From: Patescibacteria group bacterium
GTDB taxonomy: Bacteria > Patescibacteriota > Minisyncoccia > Phycocordibacterales > UBA9973
Direction of reading: 5' to 3'
Assembly (NCBI GenBank): GCA_038063535.1
Contig: JBBTUV010000003.1
Location: 83,179 to 147,178, forward strand
DNA: 64,000 nt
A program made the translations under genes and the position numbers. The notes beneath the pieces are model-generated. The model searched no databases and was not told the origin of the DNA. It was given only the letters and a program-made list of their open reading frames with translations. This document shows positions 38,619-45,934 of the stretch, piece by piece (position 1 is the stretch's first letter; each line of letters begins with the position of its first letter).

Positions 38619-40860
38619 AAAAATTCAGAAACGCGACGGCATGATCGTGCCTTTTGACGAGCGCAGGATCGAGCGTGCGGTTTTCCGCGCGATGAACGCC
38701 GCTGGAGAGGGAGGGGAAAAAGAAGCAGAAGCGGCGATGTATAAGGTTTTAGACGCCCTGCTTGTTCTTAAAGAAGAGGAAAAAAATAAGAACTTTATTC
38801 CTTCGGTTGAAAAGATCCAAGATGTGGTGGAGAACGAGTTGATTGCTGCCAATTTTATTCAAACCGCGAAGGCCTACATTTTATATCGCAAGGAGCGCTC
38901 AATCGTGAGGCAGAAAGTCGGTTTTGTCCCGGAGAAAGTGAAAGAGTTGGTGGCTCTAAGCAGAAAATATTTCCGCAACCCTCTGGCAGAGTTTGTTTAC
39001 TATCGCACTTATTCGCGCTGGATTCCGGACGAGGGCCGGCGAGAGACCTGGATCGAGACCGTGAGTCGCTATATGGATTTTATGCGGGAGAGTTTAAACT
39101 CGAAGCTAACTGAGGCGGAATATGGGGAAATCCGGGAGGCGATTTTAAACCAGGAAACGATGCCTTCGATGCGACTCCTCCAATTTGCCGGCCGGGCCGC
39201 TCGTCGGACCAATGTTTGCGCCTATAATTGTTCCTTTATCGCGCCGCGCACTTTTCAGGATTTTGCCGAGATCATGTATATCTCCATGTGTGGCACTGGA
39301 GTTGGTTGGTCGGTGGAAAGTGAAAATATCCAGTCGTTGCCACAGATAAAAAAACAAACTGGCAAAGTTTTGCCCCCCTATATCATCCCAGACAGCAAAG
39401 AAGGCTGGGCGGACGCTTTCGCCTTCGGACTTAAGACCTGGTTTTCCGGAAGTGACGTTACCTTCGACTATTCGCTCATCCGCCCGGCTGGCTCGATTTT
39501 AAAGACGATGGGCGGAAAAAGTTCCGGACCGGAACCGCTCCGGGCGCTGCTTGAATTTTCCCGGGAGCGAATTTTGCGGAGGCAGGGCCGCCGCTTGTCC
39601 AATTTGGATGCGCATGACATCATCTGTAAAATCGGAGAGTGCGTGGTCGCGGGCGGCGTAAGGAGGAGCGCGATGATCTCGCTCTCCGATCTTGATGATG
39701 AAGCAATTCGCGATTCGAAAAAAGGACAATTCTACACAACCGAAGCGCAAAGAATGCTCGCCAATAACTCCGCGGTTTATTCCTCAAAGCCAACCGCCGC
39801 CGAATTCTTGGACGAGTGGGTCGCGCTGGCAAAGTCCGGGTCCGGCGAGAGAGGAATTTTTAATCGCGGTAATCTCTCGAAAACTCTTCCTCCGAGACGT
39901 CTCGCGCAGTGGAAAGACGGGAAATATCCGAGCTGGGGGACCAACCCCTGCGGGGAAATCGTGCTGCAATCGAAGCAATTCTGTAACTTGAGCGAAATTA
40001 TTGCCCGCTCGAATGACACTGAAGAAACCTTGATAAAAAAAATAAGAATCGCCACGATTTTGGGAACTTACCAGGCAACCCTCACCTACTTCCCGTATCT
40101 ATCAGCAGAGTGGAAGAAAAACTGCGAAAAGGAACGTTTACTCGGTGTTTCAATAACCGGCCAATGGGACTCCAAAGCGGTCCGGCATCCGAAAACTCTC
40201 CTGCGTCTACGACAAGTCGCTATTGAAACCAATAAAAAATACGCTAAACGCTTTGGTATTAGTCCGTCCACTTGCATCACTTGCGTGAAGCCTTCTGGAA
40301 ACCTTTCACAGACGGTCAATTCCTCCTCCGGCATGCATCCGCGGCACTCAGAGTATTATATTCGCCGTGTTCGGATTTCGACGACTGATGCTTTGTTTAA
40401 GATGCTTAAAGACCAAGGGGTGCCGTATTTTCCCGAGGTTGGCCAGACCAAAGAAGAAGCGACAACATATGTGTTGGAGTTTCCGGTGAAATCTCCCGAA
40501 GGCGCGATTTTCCGCGACGACTTGACCGCACTAGAGCAGCTTGAACACTGGAAGATCGTGAAAGAAAATTACACAGAGCATAACCCTTCGGTTACGATCT
40601 CGGTCGGTGAGGATGAATGGTTGGCAGTTGGCAACTGGGTTTACGAAAATTGGGACATCGTCGGAGGACTTTCCTTTCTTCCTCGCGAGAACCACGTTTA
40701 TCAGCTCGCTCCTTACGAAGCGATATCAAAGGAGAAGTACGAGGAGATGCTCTCCCATGTAAAAGACCTCGATTTTTCCAAGATCGTGACCTACGAGAAG
40801 GTCGACGAGACGGAAGTAAAAAAAGAATTAGCCTGCGTGGCGGGGGTTTGCGAAGTTTAA
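38587..40860 (+). CDS. nrdJ: Adenosylcobalamin-dependent ribonucleotide reductase, class II, with N-terminal ATP-cone
   Basis: ATP-cone (KIQKRDGMIVPFDERRIERAV). 757-aa RNR ten-stranded barrel region. C-terminal Cys pair (...ELACVAGVCEV). Adjacent cob(I)alamin adenosyltransferase. Confidence 0.75.
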   Translation: MPKAKKYLQLKKIQKRDGMIVPFDERRIERAVFRAMNAAGEGGEKEAEAAMYKVLDALLVLKEEEKNKNFIPSVEKIQDVVENELIAANFIQTAKAYILYRKERSIVRQKVGFVPEKVKELVALSRKYFRNPLAEFVYYRTYSRWIPDEGRRETWIETVSRYMDFMRESLNSKLTEAEYGEIREAILNQETMPSMRLLQFAGRAARRTNVCAYNCSFIAPRTFQDFAEIMYISMCGTGVGWSVESENIQSLPQIKKQTGKVLPPYIIPDSKEGWADAFAFGLKTWFSGSDVTFDYSLIRPAGSILKTMGGKSSGPEPLRALLEFSRERILRRQGRRLSNLDAHDIICKIGECVVAGGVRRSAMISLSDLDDEAIRDSKKGQFYTTEAQRMLANNSAVYSSKPTAAEFLDEWVALAKSGSGERGIFNRGNLSKTLPPRRLAQWKDGKYPSWGTNPCGEIVLQSKQFCNLSEIIARSNDTEETLIKKIRIATILGTYQATLTYFPYLSAEWKKNCEKERLLGVSITGQWDSKAVRHPKTLLRLRQVAIETNKKYAKRFGISPSTCITCVKPSGNLSQTVNSSSGMHPRHSEYYIRRVRISTTDALFKMLKDQGVPYFPEVGQTKEEATTYVLEFPVKSPEGAIFRDDLTALEQLEHWKIVKENYTEHNPSVTISVGEDEWLAVGNWVYENWDIVGGLSFLPRENHVYQLAPYEAISKEKYEEMLSHVKDLDFSKIVTYEKVDETEVKKELACVAGVCEV

Positions 40861-40866
40861 ATTACC

Positions 40867-41391
40867 ATGATGCTGCTTGCTTTTACAGGGAATGGCAAAG
40901 GGAAAACCACGGCGGCGCTCGGGAACGCTCTGCGGCTCCTCGGGGCGGGCAAGCGCGCTCTGATGGTGCAGTTTATCAAAGGGCCGTGGGAATCAGGCGA
41001 GCATAAATCAAGCGCCCGCCTTGAACCGGATCTCAAGATCATAAAAACCGGCAAGGGCTTTGTGGGGATTCTCGGGGACAATTTGCCGATCGAAGAGCAC
41101 CGAGAAGCTGCCGAGGAAGGATTTAAGGTAGCGCGTAAGGAAATTGCCGGGGGCAAATACCATCTCCTTATCTTAGATGAAGTCCATAACGCGATCCGGC
41201 TCGGACTCGTGCCCATTTCTTTTGTGCTCGCATTTCTCGACTATGCCCGCGACAAAGTGGAATATGTTATCACGACCGGCCGAGACGCAGCCAAAGAAAT
41301 TATTGACCGAGCCGATCTGGTGACAGAGATGCGCGACGTGAAACACCCGTTTAAAAAGGGCGTCAAAGCAAAGGTCGGAGTAGATTATTAG
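40867..41391 (+). CDS. cobO: Cob(I)yrinic acid a,c-diamide / cob(I)alamin adenosyltransferase (CobO/CobA/BtuR family)
   Basis: P-loop TGNGKGKTTAALG and QFIKG...LDE motifs characteristic of CobA/BtuR. 174 aa. Confidence 0.85.
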   Translation: MMLLAFTGNGKGKTTAALGNALRLLGAGKRALMVQFIKGPWESGEHKSSARLEPDLKIIKTGKGFVGILGDNLPIEEHREAAEEGFKVARKEIAGGKYHLLILDEVHNAIRLGLVPISFVLAFLDYARDKVEYVITTGRDAAKEIIDRADLVTEMRDVKHPFKKGVKAKVGVDY

Positions 41392-41404
41392 ATTATTAGG
41401 TTTT

Positions 41405-41558
41405 TAACAACTGAAGACGTCTTGCGTTTGGAAGTGAGGTTTAATTCCTCCACTGTGCCGCAACGGTAATCTGCAAAAGCAGTAGTCCGGTCGTTACGTA
41501 AGATGTATCCCGAGCAGGATGTTCGTTCATGAGTCGCCTGCTCTTAGCAGGTTTTTTT
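41405..41558 (+). promoter_or_regulatory. Candidate cobalamin riboswitch with intrinsic terminator expression platform (terminator GCCTGCT-CTT-AGCAGGC + T7 at ~41536-41558)
   Basis: GAGGTTTAATTCCTCCACTGTGCCGCAACGGTAA resembles the conserved cobalamin-aptamer core (GGUGAAAAUCC...CCCGCCACUGU, recalled from memory). The downstream AGCAGGATG...CCTGC is B12-box-like. An alternative anti-terminator pairing GAGCAGG/CCTGCTC is possible. Located between cobO and the DUF4430 gene. Confidence 0.55.
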
Positions 41559-41566
41559 ATTAAAAT

Positions 41567-42454
41567 ATGAAAAAAATAATTTTTGCTTCCATTATCCTTC
41601 TAACTTTTGGCCGGATTGCTTGGGCAGAAGAGGAAATATTGCCTCCTCCACCGGAGGAAGCCGTGGTTGAAGAAGCTCTGCCAGAACCAATTCCCGAACC
41701 GGAAGTAGTCCCCGAAGTCGAGTTTAGTATTCAAGATGGAGATTTTGCTCTCGAGAAAAGTCTCCACCTTCCGGAAGAGGGCAATGTCTCAATAGAGGGG
41801 CATGATGTGGATGCGCGCAGCGTTTTAGCGGTTCTTTATGCTTGGGACGAGGAGAGTAGTGACTTCGAAATTTCCGAGCTCATTTACTACCCATCATTCT
41901 CCGCTTTCTACGTGAAATGCATAACGCTTGAAGAAGAGAAATGCGACTATTGGATGTACAAGGTAAATAGTGAAGCGCCCTCGGTCGGGATGGATAGTTT
42001 CATTCTCGAAGCGGGCGATCAGGTGGAAATTTATTTTGACGACTCCTTCTTCGGTGAGCCGGAGGAAGATCCTCCGCCGGAAGTTGTGGAAGGTCCTCCC
42101 GAGGAAGAAGAAGGACCGCGAATAACGAGTTCAGGAAGCAGAGGGAAGTCGAGGGAGCCCGAAGAACCCAAGGAAGTGCCAACTGAAGAAGTTATCGTGG
42201 CCGCCCCTGCGGCGCCGCCGGTAGTTCCGGCAATTGTGCCTCCGCCGGTTGTATCCAAAGTTGCAAAAGCCGAGCCGGTCCAAGAGACACAGGAGCAAAT
42301 AGCTACAATCCCAGTATTAGAACCTCCGCCGATCGGACTTTCCGCCGCGCCCATCGAGAGTGGAAATTCTCCAAAAGCTCCGATTGTACTCGGCGGGATT
42401 GCCGCACTTCTGGTTTTGATTTTTCTGGGCAAGAGATTTCTAATGAAAAATTAG
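41567..42454 (+). CDS. Secreted/membrane-anchored DUF4430-like protein (putative surface cobalamin-binding protein) with Pro/Glu-rich low-complexity linker
   Basis: Signal peptide MKKIIFASIILLTFGRIAWA. Motif DYWMYKVNSEAPSVGMDSFILEAGDQVEIYF matches the DUF4430 hallmark (WMY.VNG...L..GD.I.W.Y). C-terminal TM anchor. Sits directly downstream of the riboswitch-like leader. Confidence 0.6.
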   Translation: MKKIIFASIILLTFGRIAWAEEEILPPPPEEAVVEEALPEPIPEPEVVPEVEFSIQDGDFALEKSLHLPEEGNVSIEGHDVDARSVLAVLYAWDEESSDFEISELIYYPSFSAFYVKCITLEEEKCDYWMYKVNSEAPSVGMDSFILEAGDQVEIYFDDSFFGEPEEDPPPEVVEGPPEEEEGPRITSSGSRGKSREPEEPKEVPTEEVIVAAPAAPPVVPAIVPPPVVSKVAKAEPVQETQEQIATIPVLEPPPIGLSAAPIESGNSPKAPIVLGGIAALLVLIFLGKRFLMKN

Positions 42455-42488
42455 TTGCAATTTTTTGAAACCAGTTTAAAATTAAAAC

Positions 42489-42797
42489 ATGAACGGACTC
42501 AAAATCAAAAGACCTCTTCCCAGAACCGCTTACGAGCGAAACGCGGTGACCTATAAAATTTTGGCGAACCCGAAGCGATTGGAAATTTTAAATCTCCTGT
42601 GCGAGCAGGAGATGCCGGTGGAATCCCTGGTCAAGGAGCTCGGCATTACCAAGGCGAACGTTTCCCAGCACCTCGCGCTCCTCCGCCACGCCGATCTCGT
42701 GACCGTGCGCCGAAACGGCCTAAACGCTTACTACAACATTATAGATCCGCGCATCGTCGAACCCTGCCGAATCCTGCACAAACTTCACTCGAAGTGA
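42489..42797 (+). CDS. ArsR/SmtB-family transcriptional regulator
   Basis: Winged HTH: LANPKRLEILNLL...ESLVKELGITKANVSQHLALLRHADLV. Confidence 0.85.
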   Translation: MNGLKIKRPLPRTAYERNAVTYKILANPKRLEILNLLCEQEMPVESLVKELGITKANVSQHLALLRHADLVTVRRNGLNAYYNIIDPRIVEPCRILHKLHSK

Positions 42798-42818
42798 AAA
42801 ATCTGATATAATGGGGGA

Positions 42819-43058
42819 ATGTTGACCGATTTCATACAAAAAAGGCTAAAAAGCGCTAAATATAAAATCTTGAAAGACAGAAGTTATTTCGGGGAAATTA
42901 CTGGGATGAGAGGGGTTTGGGCTAACGCAAGAACTCTCGAGGCATGCAGGAAAGAGCTTCAAGAAGTGCTTGAAGATTGGCTGGTTCTATCTATCAAGCG
43001 CGATAAGAATATTCCCGGCTTCAATTTCCCGAGTGCTCGAATTTTGAGAGATGCCTAG
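42819..43058 (+). CDS. hicB: HicB-like antitoxin (UPF0150 family)
   Basis: YFGEITGMRGVWANARTLEACRKELQEVLEDWL matches the HicB N-domain pattern (GE.P.L.GC.A.G.T.EEA....EA...W). Confidence 0.65.
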   Translation: MLTDFIQKRLKSAKYKILKDRSYFGEITGMRGVWANARTLEACRKELQEVLEDWLVLSIKRDKNIPGFNFPSARILRDA

Positions 43059-43263
43059 GGCAGTCTCAGCCAGGAAGCTTATCGAAAACCTCCGACTCTT
43101 TGGTTTTACCGGCCCGTATTCGGGAGGCAGGCACATGTTCATGATCAAAGGAAATTTGAAACTGCGAATCCCTAATCCCCACCACGGCGATATTTCTAAG
43201 AGCTTGCTTTCCGAGATCCTTCGTCAGGCCGGAATTTCCGCAAGCGAGTGGAATAAGTTATAA
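43051..43263 (+). CDS. hicA: HicA-like mRNA interferase toxin (YcfA family)
   Basis: KLIENLRLFGFTGPYSGGRHMFM...IPNPHHGDISKSLLSEILRQAGIS matches HicA (K.L...GW...R..GSH....HP......V.P.H.....GT...I.KQAG). Gene order is antitoxin-first. Confidence 0.65.
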   Translation: MPRAVSARKLIENLRLFGFTGPYSGGRHMFMIKGNLKLRIPNPHHGDISKSLLSEILRQAGISASEWNKL

Positions 43264-43276
43264 TAAAAGTTTTTTC

Positions 43277-43305
43277 TTGACTTTTTAACTCAAAAGGTGT
43301 ATAAT
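43277..43305 (+). promoter_or_regulatory. Near-consensus sigma70 promoter TTGACT-17 bp-TATAAT upstream of the DGR target gene
   Basis: Seen directly. A ~150-nt leader follows before the SD AAGGAGA and the ATG at 43456. Confidence 0.6.
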
Positions 43306-43455
43306 TGAAAGGTAAATAAGTTCTTTCAAGCTACTTGTTTACCTGCCTCTGGTGGGCAAAAAGTCGCCCTAGCTTTGAGCGCATAATTTTTTGTGCTTTC
43401 GGAGCTATGGCGACACCTCGGTCGCCTAGCGGACTCATATTTAAGGAGAACGGCA

Positions 43456-44097
43456 ATGTCTACCCAGAACATGCCGGAAGACGAAGTCGAACTTGCGACC
43501 GATGAACAACTCGGTCATATCCTCGACATGTGGCGCCGCCGGCTGAGGGGCCGCAAGCTCACCAACCCCGAGGCGCAGGCCATCATCACCAACGGCGGGT
43601 TCTATCTGCCGGTGATGGACGAGGCCGCTGATGTGCTCGTGGACCGCGTTCGTTCGGAAATCTCGAACACGATCGTTGTTTATCTGAACAACATCAAGCG
43701 CGGACAGACTGTTGAGCAGCTTCTCGATGCGACGGGGCGCAGGCAGTACACGGAGAAGTCTTCCGTCGCCACCATGCCACTCGTCGGCAACGGCGGCCCA
43801 CTCTCGGGTGAGTTCGTCTGGTTCAAGTCAGACGGTGGATTGTCTGACGCCGGAGTGGAGGAGGAGCGTGTCAGGCGCGGTCTCGTCCGCGATCTAGAGA
43901 TGCAGCTCCAGTACAACGCGGAGCACCCGGAGTTCGCCGATACGCACCCAAACGGCGATAGTTGGCCCGCAGACGACAAGGGCAACTACAATTTCGTCGG
44001 CCTCGGCCGGTGGGGCGGCGGGCGTGGGGTCGTTGTGGGCCGCGGCGGCGGCGGCGGGTGGGGTGCTGGCGACTGGTTCGGGGGCCGCCGCAAGTAG
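43456..44097 (+). CDS. DGR target (variable) protein, 213 aa, Gly-rich C-terminal variable region. ATG with AAGGAGA SD; ORF-track GTG at 43393 is probably an extension.
   Basis: The C-terminal 107 nt (VR) are a near-copy of the downstream TR, differing only at TR adenines. GC-rich relative to neighbours. No signal peptide. Confidence 0.85.
   Translation: MSTQNMPEDEVELATDEQLGHILDMWRRRLRGRKLTNPEAQAIITNGGFYLPVMDEAADVLVDRVRSEISNTIVVYLNNIKRGQTVEQLLDATGRRQYTEKSSVATMPLVGNGGPLSGEFVWFKSDGGLSDAGVEEERVRRGLVRDLEMQLQYNAEHPEFADTHPNGDSWPADDKGNYNFVGLGRWGGGRGVVVGRGGGGGWGAGDWFGGRRK
43987..44093 (+). repeat. DGR variable repeat (VR)
   Basis: 107 bp aligned to TR 44436-44542 without gaps. 25 mismatches, all at TR adenines (24 read G in VR, 1 reads T). 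The 3' 21 nt CTGGTTCGGGGGCCGCCGCAA are identical (IMH-like). Confidence 0.9.
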
Positions 44098-44164
44098 TAC
44101 TTAGGACTTAGTCACTGTGGTCTTTTTGACACTTTGACTTTTGTCCTGCATTGGATTTACCTAG

Positions 44165-44205
44165 GGCTCCGCCGTATACCACGTGCGGAGCCGCTTGTTT
44201 TTATA
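44165..44205 (+). terminator. Hairpin GGCTCCGC-(12 nt)-GCGGAGCC + TTGTTTTT downstream of the target gene (terminator; could double as a DGR homing-enhancing hairpin)
   Basis: Perfect 8-bp inverted repeat followed by a T-rich run, seen directly. Confidence 0.5.
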
Positions 44206-44435
44206 TATAATCAAATTGGTAGTAGGTGAATACGCGGGCGATCACGGTTTCCCGCTACCGAACCCAGTACCCATACATCGAGAGTGCTTGTGACCACGTG
44301 TTTCGGGCAGAGTGATGTATGCAGACACTTCAACAAAAAAAGAAGTTACTTGGTATGAAATGCTAGGGCATTGCGATGCCGAATACGATACAACCTCGAG
44401 AGTATTCGAAGGGTGGTGGCACAGAAGGCATTTCA

Positions 44436-44542
44436 TACAATTTCGTCAACCTCAACCAGTGGAACGACGAGCGTAAGGTCAATGTGAACCGCAGCAACGG
44501 CAACAGGTGGAATGCTAGCAACTGGTTCGGGGGCCGCCGCAA
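44436..44542 (+). repeat. DGR template repeat (TR), rich in AAC/AAT codons
   Basis: Invariant copy of the VR with A at every variable position. Its conceptual translation (ORF 44376-44564) is Asn-rich, as is typical of TRs. Confidence 0.9.
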
Positions 44543-44560
44543 CCCACTTCTTTCTCTCCT

Positions 44561-44962
44561 TTAACCGGGAGAGTTTTGTTTTGCAAGCTGTGCAGTTAGT
44601 TGTCCTTGCCATCCTCCGAGCATTTTGCCAACTTCTTCAATTTTCTCTGACAAAACAATATATTTTTTGTTGTCGAATGATTTAGTTTCCCACAATACCA
44701 TCAAAAGTATTTTTATCGTGTCAACTTTCCTCCTGGCCAAGCGAACCCAAGGCAGCTTCTCTTCTTTTGATAAAAAAGTGGCAATCGAAATTGCCTCAAT
44801 TATTTCTACAAACAAGCAATCAATTCTTTCCCCGAGCGAATATCGATGGATTTTTGCTAAAATGTTATGATAGCTATGCCAGAGAATATAGACACTTTTC
44901 AACTTGCCAAGAACCGGCAAAATCGAAGCGGGGGGGGGCTTTGTAGTCATAAATTTCATCAT
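44561..44962 (-). CDS. avd: Avd-like accessory variability determinant (four-helix-bundle / 23S rRNA IVS protein family), encoded on the strand opposite to TR and RT
   Basis: C-terminal ...LSEKIEEVGKMLGGWQGQL resembles Bordetella phage Avd ...IAEVGRILGSWIARV and TIGR02436-type four-helix-bundle proteins. Its reverse-strand coding was verified by hand translation. Confidence 0.65.
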   Translation of the reverse strand: MMKFMTTKPPPASILPVLGKLKSVYILWHSYHNILAKIHRYSLGERIDCLFVEIIEAISIATFLSKEEKLPWVRLARRKVDTIKILLMVLWETKSFDNKKYIVLSEKIEEVGKMLGGWQGQLTAQLAKQNSPG

Positions 44963-45934
44963 ATCATTTCTCTCGAAAACTTGCTGTTAGCGTGGCAAGA
45001 ATTTCTAGTCGGCAAAAAATCCCGGAAAGACGTGCAGGAATTCGAGAGGAATCTGATGGAGAACATAATTTCTTTACATCAAGATCTCGCCAACAAAACA
45101 TACAGGCATGGAAGTTATCACGCCTTCAACATCTCCGATCCCAAGCCCAGAAACATCCACAAAGCAAACGTTCGAGACAGATTGCTCCATCATGCCATCT
45201 ATCGAGTGCTGTACCCATATTTCGACCCAAAATTCATTACCGATTCATATTCTTGCAGGTTGAATAAAGGCACGCATAGGGCCATGAACAGATTCAGGGA
45301 ATTCGCATATAAAGTTTCGAAGAACAACATGCGAACCTGCTGGATTCTCAAATGCGACATCACGAAATTCTTCGCAAGCATCGATCATGATATGTTGAAG
45401 AAGATTTTAGCAAAACATATCGAGGACAGAGATATTCTTCGATTTTTAGGAGGGGTGATAGATAGTTTTCACACTCCCCAAGGTGTTTCCTTGGGGAAGG
45501 GGTTGCCACTTGGGAATTTAACTTCCCAACTCCTAGTGAATGTGTATATGAACGAGTTTGATCAATTTATGAAGCATAGGCTCAAGGTTAAATATTACGT
45601 CCGCTACGCAGACGACTTTGTGATATTAAGTGAAGGCAGAAACCAACTTATTACATTAAGGCGATATATCGCCATTTTCCTGAAAGAAGAATTGAAACTG
45701 GAACTGCCCCCTAACAAGATTTTTGTCAAAACATCAGCTTCCGGGATAGATTTCTTGGGCTGGGTGCATTTCCCGGAGCATAGAGTGCTGAGAACTACAA
45801 CAAAAAGGAGAATGCTAAAAAATTTAAAAGCAAATTATGAGAACGAAACCCTGCAATCTTATCTGGGGATGCTCTCGCACGGGAATACTCAACTTACTCA
45901 AAATGAAATTCGCCAGCTCGCTCACGCACTCTAG
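44867..45934 (+). CDS. DGR reverse transcriptase
   Basis: RT motifs: DPKPRNIHKA...DRLLHHAIYRVL (domains 1-2), LPLGNLTSQLL (DGR-specific [I/L]GxxxSQ), YVRYADDFVIL (YxDD box). 355 aa. Its 5' ~95 nt overlap avd antisense. Confidence 0.9.
   Translation: MIAMPENIDTFQLAKNRQNRSGGGLCSHKFHHIISLENLLLAWQEFLVGKKSRKDVQEFERNLMENIISLHQDLANKTYRHGSYHAFNISDPKPRNIHKANVRDRLLHHAIYRVLYPYFDPKFITDSYSCRLNKGTHRAMNRFREFAYKVSKNNMRTCWILKCDITKFFASIDHDMLKKILAKHIEDRDILRFLGGVIDSFHTPQGVSLGKGLPLGNLTSQLLVNVYMNEFDQFMKHRLKVKYYVRYADDFVILSEGRNQLITLRRYIAIFLKEELKLELPPNKIFVKTSASGIDFLGWVHFPEHRVLRTTTKRRMLKNLKANYENETLQSYLGMLSHGNTQLTQNEIRQLAHAL

Larger units (their letters stand above)
43456..45934 (+). mobile_element. Diversity-generating retroelement cassette: target gene/VR, TR, avd (inverted), RT
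   Basis: All canonical DGR parts are present with adenine-specific VR/TR divergence. Confidence 0.88.

Noticed and set aside
44376-44564. 62-aa ORF (MPNTIQPREYSKGGGTEGISYNFVNLNQWNDERKVNVNRSNGNRWNASNWFGGRRNPLLSLL) that could be called a small Asn-rich protein
   Set aside because: It is the conceptual translation of the DGR template repeat. It is Asn-rich because of AAC/AAT codons, and it has no SD or promoter logic. Treated as TR, not a CDS.
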